A stretch of DNA of 33,905 nucleotides, taken from sequence record SRR22947725_3373. One strand, given 5' to 3'. The position numbers and the translations under genes are program-made. The notes under the pieces are model-generated. The model saw only the letters and a program-made list of their open reading frames with translations. It did no database searches and was not told the origin of the DNA. This document shows, one piece after another, positions 1-9,333 of this stretch. Each line of letters starts with the position of its first letter. Position 1 is the first letter of the stretch.

Positions 1-42
1 TTCAAATCTCGCCATCCCGACCAAAACACCAATCCTGCATTC

Positions 43-71
43 TTGGCGGGCTTGCCGCAGCCGTGTAGACT
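43..71 (+). promoter_or_regulatory. possible sigma70 promoter for the ALDH gene
   Basis: TTGGCG (43-48), 17-nt spacer, TAGACT (66-71). Partial consensus match only. Confidence 0.25.
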
Positions 72-108
72 TCAACCTCGTCATTTTCAAATTCTCCGGA
101 GAGTCTCT

Positions 109-1530
109 ATGTCCAGCACCACCGATCAAGCGCTTAGCCCAGCAGCAGCAGAAATTGCCGAGCTCATTCGACGCTCTCGAGCGGCTCAACACGCGATAGA
201 ACATTACACTCAAGAGCAGGTGGATGACCTGATCCGAGCCATGGTCTGGTCCGTTGCCCGTCCGGGCGTCGCCGAAGACATCGCTCAATTCACCGTCGAT
301 GAAACCCAACTTGGCAACTACGCCGGCAAGTTCCTTAAGATTCAGCGAAAAACTCGGGCAACGTTGATGGATATCATCCATGACCAATCCGTTGGCATCC
401 TTGAAGAAGACGTCGAGCGAAATCTCATCAAAATCGCAAAACCGATGGGCGTTATTGGCGCACTCTCGCCATCGACCAATCCTGAGGCCACCCCGGTCAT
501 TAAAGCCATTCATGCGGTGAAGGGCAGGAACGCGATTATCGTGGCCCCTCACCCAAGAGCCAAACTGACCAATAAGAAAATTTGCGATCTCATGCGCGCA
601 GCCCTCGAAAAACTCGGCGCGCCCGCGGATCTTGTTATTGGCATCGAGACCCCCAGCTTAGAACTGACAAACGAGCTGATGCGGCAATGTGATCGAGTCC
701 TCGCCACCGGCGGCGGTGCAATGGTGACCGCGGCTTATTCAAGCGGGACGCCAGCACTGGGCGTCGGCGTCGGAAATGCCGTCATAACGGTTGATGACAC
801 TGCTGACTTAGACGATGCTGCGACGAAAATTCATCTCTCTAAGACGCTGGACCTCGCGGCCTCCTGCTCTTCTGATAATTCCGTCATCCTGGTTGAGTCA
901 ATCTACGATGACATGATTGCCAAACTGCAAGCTAAGGGCGGCTACCTCTGCAACGCTGAAGAAAAGCAAAAGCTTCAAAAGACACTTTGGGATGACGAAG
1001 GCCACTTCAATACGACGATTGTTGCGCAAACGGCTGCAAAAATAGCCGAGATGGCAGGCCTAACGGTACCGGAAGGCACAGAATTTTATATTGTTATTGA
1101 ATCGGGCTGGGGTGCTGAATTTCCATTTTCAGGCGAAAAACTTTCAGTCATTATGGCCTTGTATCGAGCCTCAGACCTTGATCATGCCATCGAACTGACC
1201 AACAACATTCAAAGCTACCAAGGCCAAGGCCACTCCTGCGGTATTTATTCCAGCAGCGATGACAATATTATGAAACTCGCTAACGCCACCCGAACCTCAC
1301 GCGTGATGGTCAACCAGCCTCAAGCAGCGTCCAATAGCGGCAATCTCTGGAACGGCATGCGCCAAACCTTTTCATTGGGTTGCGGCTCTTGGGGTGGCAA
1401 CGGAACAAACAACAACATTTCTTGGCGCGATCTGATCAACGAGACCTGGATTTCCAAACCGCTGATCAAATCAAAAGAGCTGCCCTCTGATACAGAATTG
1501 TTTGGCCATATCATCGAAAAGCTCGGCTGA
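109..1530 (+). CDS. CoA-acylating aldehyde dehydrogenase, SauS (sulfoacetaldehyde dehydrogenase)-like
   Basis: ALDH motifs PSTNPEAT, ATGG and GTPALGVGVGN; catalytic Cys in ASCSSDN; PFSGEKLS; C-terminal LGCGSWGGN as in acylating ALDHs. ATG 109 follows GGAGAG (98-103). Substrate is not determinable from sequence. Confidence 0.85.
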   Translation: MSSTTDQALSPAAAEIAELIRRSRAAQHAIEHYTQEQVDDLIRAMVWSVARPGVAEDIAQFTVDETQLGNYAGKFLKIQRKTRATLMDIIHDQSVGILEEDVERNLIKIAKPMGVIGALSPSTNPEATPVIKAIHAVKGRNAIIVAPHPRAKLTNKKICDLMRAALEKLGAPADLVIGIETPSLELTNELMRQCDRVLATGGGAMVTAAYSSGTPALGVGVGNAVITVDDTADLDDAATKIHLSKTLDLAASCSSDNSVILVESIYDDMIAKLQAKGGYLCNAEEKQKLQKTLWDDEGHFNTTIVAQTAAKIAEMAGLTVPEGTEFYIVIESGWGAEFPFSGEKLSVIMALYRASDLDHAIELTNNIQSYQGQGHSCGIYSSSDDNIMKLANATRTSRVMVNQPQAASNSGNLWNGMRQTFSLGCGSWGGNGTNNNISWRDLINETWISKPLIKSKELPSDTELFGHIIEKLG

Positions 1531-1544
1531 ACACACGACGCGAC

Positions 1545-1594
1545 CTGGGATAGTCTCACTTGAGCCTATCCCAGCGCCTGTCACACCTGGGCGC
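1545..1594. terminator. tandem stem-loops between convergent ALDH and AraC genes
   Basis: CTGGGATAG (1545-1553)/CTATCCCAG (1566-1574), then GCGCCTG...TGGGCGC. No U-tract, so terminator function is uncertain. Confidence 0.35.
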
Positions 1595-1624
1595 AATAAG
1601 GGGATCTTTCGGCACTCGCTGAGA

Positions 1625-2605
1625 TCACGCCGCAACTTTCCGGGCGTCTTTGAGCAGCCGCCTAAGCGAGATAACAGACTGATACCCGAGACTGCGGCTA
1701 ATTTGAGCAAGGTCGTCATCTTTTAGCAATCTAAGCCCTGCCTCCTGAACCCGAAACTGCGCCAATAACCGAGAAAATGACTGGCCTTCGGCCTTTAATC
1801 GTCGCCGTAAGGTCGATTTTTCAGTGTGGAGCGCCACCGCAACCGAAACCATGTCCAGCGGCACGCCGGCAGCACAATGATCAATCAATATTTTAATCAC
1901 TCGATAGGTTGCGGACTGCTGCTTAAGCCGCAGCCCCATTAGCGGCTCTATAACCGATCGGGTAATGACCTCCCAGCTTTCACTGGCGGCTGGATTTTTT
2001 AGCTCTAAAATGGCGCGATCAAATACCACTTCCGATGCGCCAATTAACTCACGACAAGCTGAGGGCTCGCAAGCAGCCAATTGCTTGATCGTTTGAGGGC
2101 GCCCCGATAACACTACAGACCGCACCAGATTTTGATTGCCAACCAGCCTTGGAAACCCCAATGCCAACTGCTGTACTAGCATCAAGTGCTGCCATTCTGC
2201 CAAGGCCACAATCGGGTAGATGGTGACACTGACCGTTTCTAACCTTTTTTGTAGCGAAAAAATAAACGCACTCGAGTCAAGTAAGCTCAACCGAGCACCG
2301 GAACTGAGTACCTCATCAAAGGTCGGCGCAGCGGCGCAAAGTGTCCAGACGGTCGGGGCATACTGAAACGAGTCTTTACCCCAGAAACGTCCCCATTGTC
2401 CTGGCAGCAGCTGGCATTGAATTGCCTGATGCAGCGCACTGAGATCCCGTGGGCTGATCTTTTCAGGCAACGCATCAATCGATGCGGAGCTAGACACTCT
2501 GTCAAACCACGCCATTGGGCGGCCTAATCTTTTCGATAAAGCGCCTAAAGCAATGACAGATGGACCAAAATACCACTCGTTATTACATGCCTTAGTGTTC
2601 GACAT
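1625..2605 (-). CDS. AraC/XylS-family transcriptional regulator (divergent)
   Basis: C-terminal double HTH: VAVALHTEKSTLRRRLKAEGQSF...LAQISRSLGYQSVISLRR; 326 aa. Confidence 0.8.
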   Translation of the reverse strand: MSNTKACNNEWYFGPSVIALGALSKRLGRPMAWFDRVSSSASIDALPEKISPRDLSALHQAIQCQLLPGQWGRFWGKDSFQYAPTVWTLCAAAPTFDEVLSSGARLSLLDSSAFIFSLQKRLETVSVTIYPIVALAEWQHLMLVQQLALGFPRLVGNQNLVRSVVLSGRPQTIKQLAACEPSACRELIGASEVVFDRAILELKNPAASESWEVITRSVIEPLMGLRLKQQSATYRVIKILIDHCAAGVPLDMVSVAVALHTEKSTLRRRLKAEGQSFSRLLAQFRVQEAGLRLLKDDDLAQISRSLGYQSVISLRRLLKDARKVAA

Positions 2606-2834
2606 AGCTCAATTACATCCTGTATTCACAACCGTGCTTGGCTCAAACGCTTTATTGACCAAGCCATATTTTGAACCCATTACCGGCCCCATCCTATTGA
2701 ATCAAGCGGCTATAACCTAGCGATTGCGCAAAACGGATGCAAAAAGAACAATCTGCACCTCTTTTTGTCACATCAGGGCGAATATCGTGGAACTGGCTAT
2801 ATAATGCTTTTTTAACCCATGAAAAAGGATTTTC

Positions 2835-3308
2835 GTGAGCAAAATAACATTTATTATCGTTGTTTTAGCACTCTTGGCACCCTGCGTACTGAAGGGTGCC
2901 TCGATTAAAACCATTAAAACATTGGCAACCACCCCCCACCAAAAGGGCGTTCAACTCTTAACCAAAAAGGGCTACCAATGCCAAACTTCCAGCGAGGTAC
3001 AGACCTTAAACTGGCACTGCTTAAAACAAGAAAAAGAAATCTCTTTTACCCAATCGGCTATCTATACCAACTGCGACGCCCTTAACCTTTGCCACTTAGG
3101 CACGCAGGCAGCCCTGCGCAGCTTGTTTAAAGGCGAGCCAAGAGCTATCAAGACCTTTAGTGTTCATGGTCACATAGAATCCATACGCTGGCACTGCCTA
3201 GAACCCGACAGTGGCACCCTCACGATCTGTCTGAGCAGCCAAAACAGCCCGTATCAGCAAGATCGACCGCACTTCGGCTGGCCTAATCAATTAACCGCCA
3301 GACGTTAA
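2835..3308 (+). CDS. hypothetical secreted Cys-rich protein
   Basis: GTG start after AAGGA; hydrophobic N-terminal signal-like segment; 7 Cys; WHCL occurs twice. Confidence 0.55.
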   Translation: MSKITFIIVVLALLAPCVLKGASIKTIKTLATTPHQKGVQLLTKKGYQCQTSSEVQTLNWHCLKQEKEISFTQSAIYTNCDALNLCHLGTQAALRSLFKGEPRAIKTFSVHGHIESIRWHCLEPDSGTLTICLSSQNSPYQQDRPHFGWPNQLTARR

Positions 3309-3508
3309 ACCTCATTCAATCAACGAACGTCAACGGTGACAACATTGACGCCGCGAAACGGGCCCGCCACTCCGGCGCCCCTCGCGGCGCTCAGAACGGA
3401 GCCTCATTCTTGTTTTATTTCGCCTACTGACCTTGAACGGCACTTGTTGGACTGCTTCTCGAGATAACGCCACAACGCCTTAGCTCGGATCGCCTCGCGG
3501 TTACCCAA

Positions 3509-3685
3509 TCAACGGGTCACACCCATTTTGATCCGCTGAAGGATAGCAACTCTCTCAGCCGCAGATGCCTGCGCCCAAGCCTCTATCTCATCAACAGATC
3601 GACCACACCCGAGACAGGTAAGCCCATCTAGCGCACAAACGCCTATACAAGGCGACTCAATGCTTTCATTCGCCGGCCTATTCAT
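3509..3685 (-). CDS. DUF1289-type small Cys-rich (predicted Fe-S/metal-binding) protein, 58 aa
   Basis: Hand translation MNRPANESIESPCIGVCALDGLTCLGCGRSVDEIEAWAQASAAERVAILQRIKMGVTR* fits the SPCxxxC...CxGCxRxxxEIxxW family pattern. Not listed in the ORF track, whose shortest entries are 60 aa. Confidence 0.85.
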   Translation of the reverse strand: MNRPANESIESPCIGVCALDGLTCLGCGRSVDEIEAWAQASAAERVAILQRIKMGVTR

Positions 3686-3722
3686 GCGCGTGGCGCCCGC
3701 TCTGCGCGCTTACCAAATCTTC

Positions 3723-3742
3723 GACCGAGCAGGCGCTCGGTC
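3723..3742 (-). terminator. stem-loop 3' of the EF-G gene
   Basis: GACCGAGC-AGGC-GCTCGGTC perfect 8-bp stem about 20 nt after the fusA stop; no clear U-tract. Confidence 0.35.
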
Positions 3743-3761
3743 CATTGATAACCAACACGAT

Positions 3762-5852
3762 TTAACCTTTTGCGGCTTTACGCTCTTTGGCATCTTTAAT
3801 GACATCTTCAGCGACATTTCTAGGCGTTGGATCATAATGACTGAACTCCATTGAAAACTGACCACGACCAGAGGTCATCGTTCGAAGGTCACCAATATAA
3901 CCAAACATTTCAGATAGGGGCGCTGACGCCTTCACCCGAACACCTGTCGGACCAGGCTCTTGTCCTTGGATCATGCCGCGACGACGGTTCAAGTCACCAA
4001 TCACGTCACCCACATGGTCTTCTGGCGTGAACACATCGATTTTCATGATGGGCTCCATGATTTGAGGCGCCGCCTTGGGCATCGTTTGCCGATATGCCGC
4101 CCTGGAGGCAAGCTCATAAGCAATCGCGGACGAGTCAACAGCGTGGAAAGCACCATCAATCAGCGTCAACTTCACATCCAAACAGGGGTACCCTGCAAGT
4201 GGACCTTCCTCAAGGCAGACTCGAAAGCCCTTCTCGACCGCTGGCCAAAACTCTCGCGGCACGTTGCCCCCTGTGACAACCGATTCGAAGATATACCCTG
4301 TGCCTGCTTCTGCTGGCTCAACCGCGTAGTCGATTTTTGCAAACTGACCCGAGCCGCCGGATTGCTTTTTATGGGTGTAGCTGTCTTCGACGCGCTGGGT
4401 AATCGTCTCTCTATAGGCAACCAAGGGCTTGCCCACAACCACGTCAACGCCATGGGTTCGCCGAAGGATATCAACCTTAATATCCAGATGTAACTCGCCC
4501 ATACCTTTAATGATTGTCTCACCAGACTCTTGATCGGTTTCCATATGGAAGGAGGGATCTTCTTGAATCATTTTCGATAACGCCAGTCCCATCTTTTCAG
4601 CACCACCCTTATCTTTGGGCGAAATCGCGATGTAAATAACAGGCTCCGGAAAGACCATCGGCTCGAGGGTCGCAGGGTTCTTTTGATCGGCAAGTGTATG
4701 TCCCGTTTGGGTATTCTTAAGACCAATCAGTGCAACGATATCACCCGCTTCCGCTGAGTCTCGCTCGATCCGCTCATCGGCATGCATCTCAACAATCCGA
4801 CTGATCCGCTCCGTTTTACCCGTAAAAGTATTCAGGACCGTATCGCCCTTCTTCAATTTTCCTGAATAAACCCGCGTAAAGGTCAGCGCACCGAACCGAT
4901 CGTCCATAATTTTAAAGGCGAGCGCGCGCAACGGCTTACTGGCATCAACCAAAGCCAGACCACCCGTTGGGTTGCCTTCAATGTCGACTTCTTCTTGGGG
5001 CTCAACTTCCGTTGGATTCGGTAAATAATCAACGACCGCGTCTAAGATATTCTGAACGCCCTTGTTCTTGAATGCGGAACCGCAATAGGTTGGGAAGAAG
5101 TTCAGCCCAATTGTGCCCAACCGGATGCATCGCTTAAGCTCATCAATGGACGGCTCAACGCCATCTTCCAGATAAGACATCATAAGGTCTTCGTCCATCT
5201 CGATGGCCGCTTCGATCAACTTTTCACGATACTCTGCAACCAGTTCCACCATGTCCTCAGGGACATCAGATACTTCGTACTTCAAGGGGTCGCCCGAATC
5301 ATCCCAGATGTACGCCTTCTGAATAAGGACATCAACCACACCCTTGAAATGCTCTTCAGTTCCAATGGGGAGCGTCATCACCAAAGGATTCGCAGCAAGC
5401 ACAGTGCGGACCTGATCGACCACGCGGTAGAAGTCGGCACCCATGCGGTCGAGCTTATTCACAAAAATAATCCGCGCAACTTCCGATTCATTGGCATACC
5501 GCCAATTGGTTTCAGACTGCGGTTCAACGCCACCCGAGCCGCAAAAGACACCAACCCCGCCATCTAGAACCTTTAAAGACCGGTAAACCTCGATCGTAAA
5601 GTCAACGTGGCCCGGCGTATCAATGATATTCAGCCGATGATCCTTCCAAAAAGTCGTCGTTGCAGCAGACTGAATGGTAATGCCCCGCTCCTGTTCCTGA
5701 TCCATAAAGTCAGTGGTTGCCGCACCATCGTGCACTTCACCAATCTTGTGGATCTTCCCAGTAATGTTCAGGATTCTTTCTGTAGTGGTGGTTTTGCCCG
5801 CATCAACATGGGCAAAGATTCCAATATTTCTATATAGGCTTAAGTCTGTCAT
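3762..5852 (-). CDS. fusA: elongation factor G (stand-alone paralog)
   Basis: [57 protein letters not shown]; 696 aa; no rpsL/rpsG/tuf neighbours. Confidence 0.97.
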   Translation of the reverse strand: MTDLSLYRNIGIFAHVDAGKTTTTERILNITGKIHKIGEVHDGAATTDFMDQEQERGITIQSAATTTFWKDHRLNIIDTPGHVDFTIEVYRSLKVLDGGVGVFCGSGGVEPQSETNWRYANESEVARIIFVNKLDRMGADFYRVVDQVRTVLAANPLVMTLPIGTEEHFKGVVDVLIQKAYIWDDSGDPLKYEVSDVPEDMVELVAEYREKLIEAAIEMDEDLMMSYLEDGVEPSIDELKRCIRLGTIGLNFFPTYCGSAFKNKGVQNILDAVVDYLPNPTEVEPQEEVDIEGNPTGGLALVDASKPLRALAFKIMDDRFGALTFTRVYSGKLKKGDTVLNTFTGKTERISRIVEMHADERIERDSAEAGDIVALIGLKNTQTGHTLADQKNPATLEPMVFPEPVIYIAISPKDKGGAEKMGLALSKMIQEDPSFHMETDQESGETIIKGMGELHLDIKVDILRRTHGVDVVVGKPLVAYRETITQRVEDSYTHKKQSGGSGQFAKIDYAVEPAEAGTGYIFESVVTGGNVPREFWPAVEKGFRVCLEEGPLAGYPCLDVKLTLIDGAFHAVDSSAIAYELASRAAYRQTMPKAAPQIMEPIMKIDVFTPEDHVGDVIGDLNRRRGMIQGQEPGPTGVRVKASAPLSEMFGYIGDLRTMTSGRGQFSMEFSHYDPTPRNVAEDVIKDAKERKAAKG

Positions 5853-6316
5853 GGTACTTTCTCTTACATTAGAGGGGCGTGGGGGCGTAAAAACCGCGAG
5901 ATCTTATCCTTTGCTGGCCTTAGAATCCAGCTTTAGCGCTGGTTTTTCACTGTACCGGATAAAAGGTGTTTTCTCTTATACGGTTCATACCACGCATCAC
6001 GCCTTATCCTTGCGCCTGACAGGTCTCGGCAAGACCATGATCGATCGCTGGCTAATGGCGTTAGAACACTATTGGACGCCGCTCAACGCTTAACCTTAAG
6101 CGGCGCTAGCGACTTGCCGAACCCTTCACTTTAAGCATGACCACTTTAGCAAAGGCTAGCTTGAGAAAGCCGGGGGACCACTGCATCCCGGCGCAAGGCT
6201 TGCCGCAGCAGTGCGTGCAGAGGCGCATCTTGCACTCGGCAAGCAAAATCCGCTTCATTTTCAACCGGAATGTTCAACGCCGATCGAGCACTTGATTTGA
6301 TCAGCACGACACGCGT

Positions 6317-6336
6317 CAACACAACACAACACAACA
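6317..6336. repeat. (CAACA)4 pentanucleotide tandem repeat
   Basis: Read directly: CAACACAACACAACACAACA. Confidence 0.9.
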
Positions 6337-6407
6337 TAAACAGAGCCGCCAATCGCCTCTTGAAATGACTAGATCAGGATTTTTACGCGCGGTAATCGCC
6401 AGTTATT

Positions 6408-6615
6408 GGGTAATTACCCCTATTTAATACCGTAATTAATTAATATATTGGGAATATATTTTAAATTATGATTTATAAGAAAATTTATTAAAAATAAATT
6501 TTAAAATAGATTTATAGCTATTTAACTATTAATTTAATGCTATTTAAAAAATTCTGAGCCCTTAATTAATACAAAATTATCCATATTAGTTGTTAATTAT
6601 CCCTAAATTAATCCA
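6408..6615. other. extremely AT-rich intergenic block
   Basis: Hand count 25 G+C in 180 nt (6421-6600), about 14% GC. Begins with the perfect palindrome GGGTAATTACCC (6408-6419). Confidence 0.9.
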
Positions 6616-6781
6616 ATTGACTCGGATTCCCACCTGCAACCAAGCGATTATCAAATCAGTTAGTCCGCCTAACACCGCCGCCAGACACTTTCGAAGATAA
6701 CCGCGCGCGTTGAACGGTTGCATTCAACCAACACACCCTTTAGCTTTCAAACTCTCGCACCTCTTAAGGACGATATGAATC

Positions 6782-8161
6782 ATGGCGCAAACCTTTCCAG
6801 GCATCTTATCCTTTGCGTTTTTGGCGGCATTGCTCGTCTTTGGAACCCTGATCCGGGCCAATGTTCGGTTCTTCCAAATCAACCTGGTCCCAGCGAGCCT
6901 AATTGGCGGCACCCTCGGCTTCGGCCTGATCGCCCTTGATTGGGCTATGGGGTTCAAAGCAGCCGACTTTACCGCTTTTGCGTTTCATTTTTTTACCCTC
7001 AGCTTTATGTCTCTTGTGCTGACCAGCCGTGCTCAGCCCATTGCAGGGCAACAGCCTGTCGCGCTCGGAGGTTTGTGGCTATCGCTTATTTGGGTTATTT
7101 GCCTCGTGTTACAGGCCCTTGTTGGACTCGCGGCCATCAGCGCCTACAACACCATCGCGTCAGAGCCCCTTTCCGGCTTTCTCGGTTTAATTGCCACACA
7201 CGGCTTCACACAAGGCCCCGGCCAAGCTTTGGCGCTGGGAGATTTATGGACTACCGCCTATAACATTCAGCATGCGGTGGACTTTGGACTCATCTACGCA
7301 AGCCTTGGCTTTGTTGCCGCTTTTGCGGTGGGCGTCCCAATGGCGCGTTGGATTCTCAAAAAAAACTTGCACAGCGGAAGGGGCGGGTCGCTTGATCAGG
7401 ATTTCGAACGCGGACTCTACAGCGGGGACGCGGCCCCAGCTTCAGGCAAGCTCATCACGCATTCCGCTAATGTTGATTCATTCGCATTTCACATCGGTTT
7501 GCTCGGGTGCGCCTACCTCATCACCGATCAATACTTGAAGCTCGTTCACCCTTTCGTGGCCGGAACCCATTTTGAGAATATCTTTAGCTATAATCTTTTC
7601 TTTTTTCACGGACTGATGATCTGCGTGGGGTTACGTGCGCTCTTGGACCTTTTCAATCTCGGCCAATTTGTAGATGACGAAACCCAAAAACGGATTACCG
7701 GGTCCTCGGTGGACCTCATGGTTACCGCAAGCCTTTTGAGCATCAACTTCGCGCTGTTGACCCAGTTTTGGCAACCCATCTTACTGGTCGCGAGCCTCGT
7801 AACCTTGGTGACCGCTGCACTGTGCTTTACCGCAGGACTGCGCCTCAAAACATTGGGCGCCGAGCGCGGCCTCACGATTTTCGGCTGCTGTTGCGGCTCA
7901 ACCGGCAGCGGCATTTTATTACTTCGTATTCTGGATCCCAACCTTGCGAGCTCTGTCGCGAAAGAATTGGCCTTCTTCAACATTGCAATTTTGTTCCTGA
8001 GCTTTCATATCCTGGCCATTATGGCGCCGATCCTACCCAGCATTCCCGTTATCTGGATCATCCTGATCTACCTTGCAACCGCAGGATTCGGTTTAATCCT
8101 GGTTCAGCTGCTCGGCTCGAAGATGAGCGGAGATTATTCTCAAAAACCTGAATCCGGATAA
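6782..8161 (+). CDS. sodium:glutamate symporter (GltS/ESS family)-like transporter
   Basis: About 12 hydrophobic segments; VPASLIGG; re-entrant loop GFTQGPGQA; GILLLRILDP motif. Substrate is uncertain. Confidence 0.8.
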   Translation: MAQTFPGILSFAFLAALLVFGTLIRANVRFFQINLVPASLIGGTLGFGLIALDWAMGFKAADFTAFAFHFFTLSFMSLVLTSRAQPIAGQQPVALGGLWLSLIWVICLVLQALVGLAAISAYNTIASEPLSGFLGLIATHGFTQGPGQALALGDLWTTAYNIQHAVDFGLIYASLGFVAAFAVGVPMARWILKKNLHSGRGGSLDQDFERGLYSGDAAPASGKLITHSANVDSFAFHIGLLGCAYLITDQYLKLVHPFVAGTHFENIFSYNLFFFHGLMICVGLRALLDLFNLGQFVDDETQKRITGSSVDLMVTASLLSINFALLTQFWQPILLVASLVTLVTAALCFTAGLRLKTLGAERGLTIFGCCCGSTGSGILLLRILDPNLASSVAKELAFFNIAILFLSFHILAIMAPILPSIPVIWIILIYLATAGFGLILVQLLGSKMSGDYSQKPESG

Positions 8162-8177
8162 TGACCGCGCAACCCAA

Positions 8178-9119
8178 TTAAAGATCAAACCGGTCACCGA
8201 TTCGGGCGATCTTAAACCCCAAGGCAAGTACCGATTGCGTTGCTTTCGAACCCGGGTCGAGCAACGGGTTTGTATGGTTCATATGCGTGAATACAACCCT
8301 TGAGCGCACTGGCCTGGGCAGTTGCTTTAACAGCGCTATCGATTCCAGAACCGTTGGGTGAGGGATCAAGGCAATATCGCGACCAGGTAACTCATCCCCG
8401 CTGAAAAACGTGGCATCGAGCAATGCGACATCAACCGTTTTAAGAACCGTGGCCAAGTCTTGATCCCACTTTTGCCACTTATCAATATCTGGCAAGTACA
8501 CTGCCCGCTTATTGGGCCCTTCAATCAAATAACCGACGGTTTCACTAAACTCATCTCGATGAGGCACTAACCAAGGCGTTATCTTCGCGGCCCCAATCAC
8601 AACAGGCGTATTGGCGGTTAACGGACGCACCACAATATTTTGCGTCGATAACAATTGGCGCCAAGGTCCGTTTCGCGCAAGGAACGCCATCATTCTCGGC
8701 ATGGCATGCACTGGCACCCCGCGGGTGCTGGCAGCCTCTTTACCAAAATGCAGCAGTCCTGCGTAGTGACCCATATGGGCATGGGTTAACCAAACGCCGT
8801 CCAGGTCGCCCAAGGTTAAACCGGTCTCTGTCCAGAACTGATACAACTGGCGCGGCAGGGTCGGCGCCGCATCAAAAAGGTGAAATCGCCGGCCATCAAT
8901 TACCAGCGCCAGCATACTTGCGCCGGAGCCTAACTCGGGCTGTGCCCAGACCGGCAAGCACCGCGGCTCATAACAATTTACCTGCGGATAACCGGCATCT
9001 TGCGCGACCCCCAAAACATGCAGCACCACCTTCGAAGTGGCCGGTGGCGATAGCGCCGCATCTTCGCTGAACGCGGCCGAACTGACGGCAAACAAAACAA
9101 GCAGCAGTAAAACCTTCAT
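8178..9119 (-). CDS. metallo-beta-lactamase-fold hydrolase, PqqB-like, with signal peptide
   Basis: LGVAQDAGYPQVNCYEPRC, LTHAHMGHYAGL, VPHRDE, DATFF, HMNHTNP. ATG 9119 follows AGGA and begins MKVLLLLVLFAVSSAAFS. Confidence 0.85.
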   Translation of the reverse strand: MKVLLLLVLFAVSSAAFSEDAALSPPATSKVVLHVLGVAQDAGYPQVNCYEPRCLPVWAQPELGSGASMLALVIDGRRFHLFDAAPTLPRQLYQFWTETGLTLGDLDGVWLTHAHMGHYAGLLHFGKEAASTRGVPVHAMPRMMAFLARNGPWRQLLSTQNIVVRPLTANTPVVIGAAKITPWLVPHRDEFSETVGYLIEGPNKRAVYLPDIDKWQKWDQDLATVLKTVDVALLDATFFSGDELPGRDIALIPHPTVLESIALLKQLPRPVRSRVVFTHMNHTNPLLDPGSKATQSVLALGFKIARIGDRFDL

Positions 9120-9333
9120 AGACAGATCCTGGTTGACGAGATGACGCGCATTTTTACGATGCTTCCACGCCGAGTAAAGCAAACGAAGAATTTCAAGGAC
9201 GCAGACCTTCACCAAACCGGCGCTAGCGCTTACAACCCCAGAGGGCGATTCGCGCCCGGACACCTGCTTTGATTGTGCAAAAGAATCCGTTCGGATAACT
9301 TAAACAGAATTTTAGAGCAATTAGAAACCCAAC

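Noticed and set aside
3305-3511. UGA read-through extension of the DUF1289 ORF
   Set aside because: The domain is complete before the TGA, and the continuation has no redox motif and meets further TGAs.
49-6209. 13-mer GGCTTGCCGCAGC at 49-61 and 6197-6209 as att sites or a target duplication
   Set aside because: Several 13-mer repeats are expected by chance in 34 kb, no integrase or transposase is present, and the enclosed genes look like housekeeping genes.
5713-6352. ORFs 5713..6093 (+) and 6146..6352 (-)
   Set aside because: No recognisable motifs or clear SD; the first overlaps fusA antisense and the second runs through a simple repeat.
6400-6620. oriC or dif site in the AT-rich block
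   Set aside because: I saw no exact TTATCCACA DnaA box (only TTATCCATA and TTATCCCTA), no dnaA/gidA neighbours, and no XerD-arm TTATGTTAAAT.
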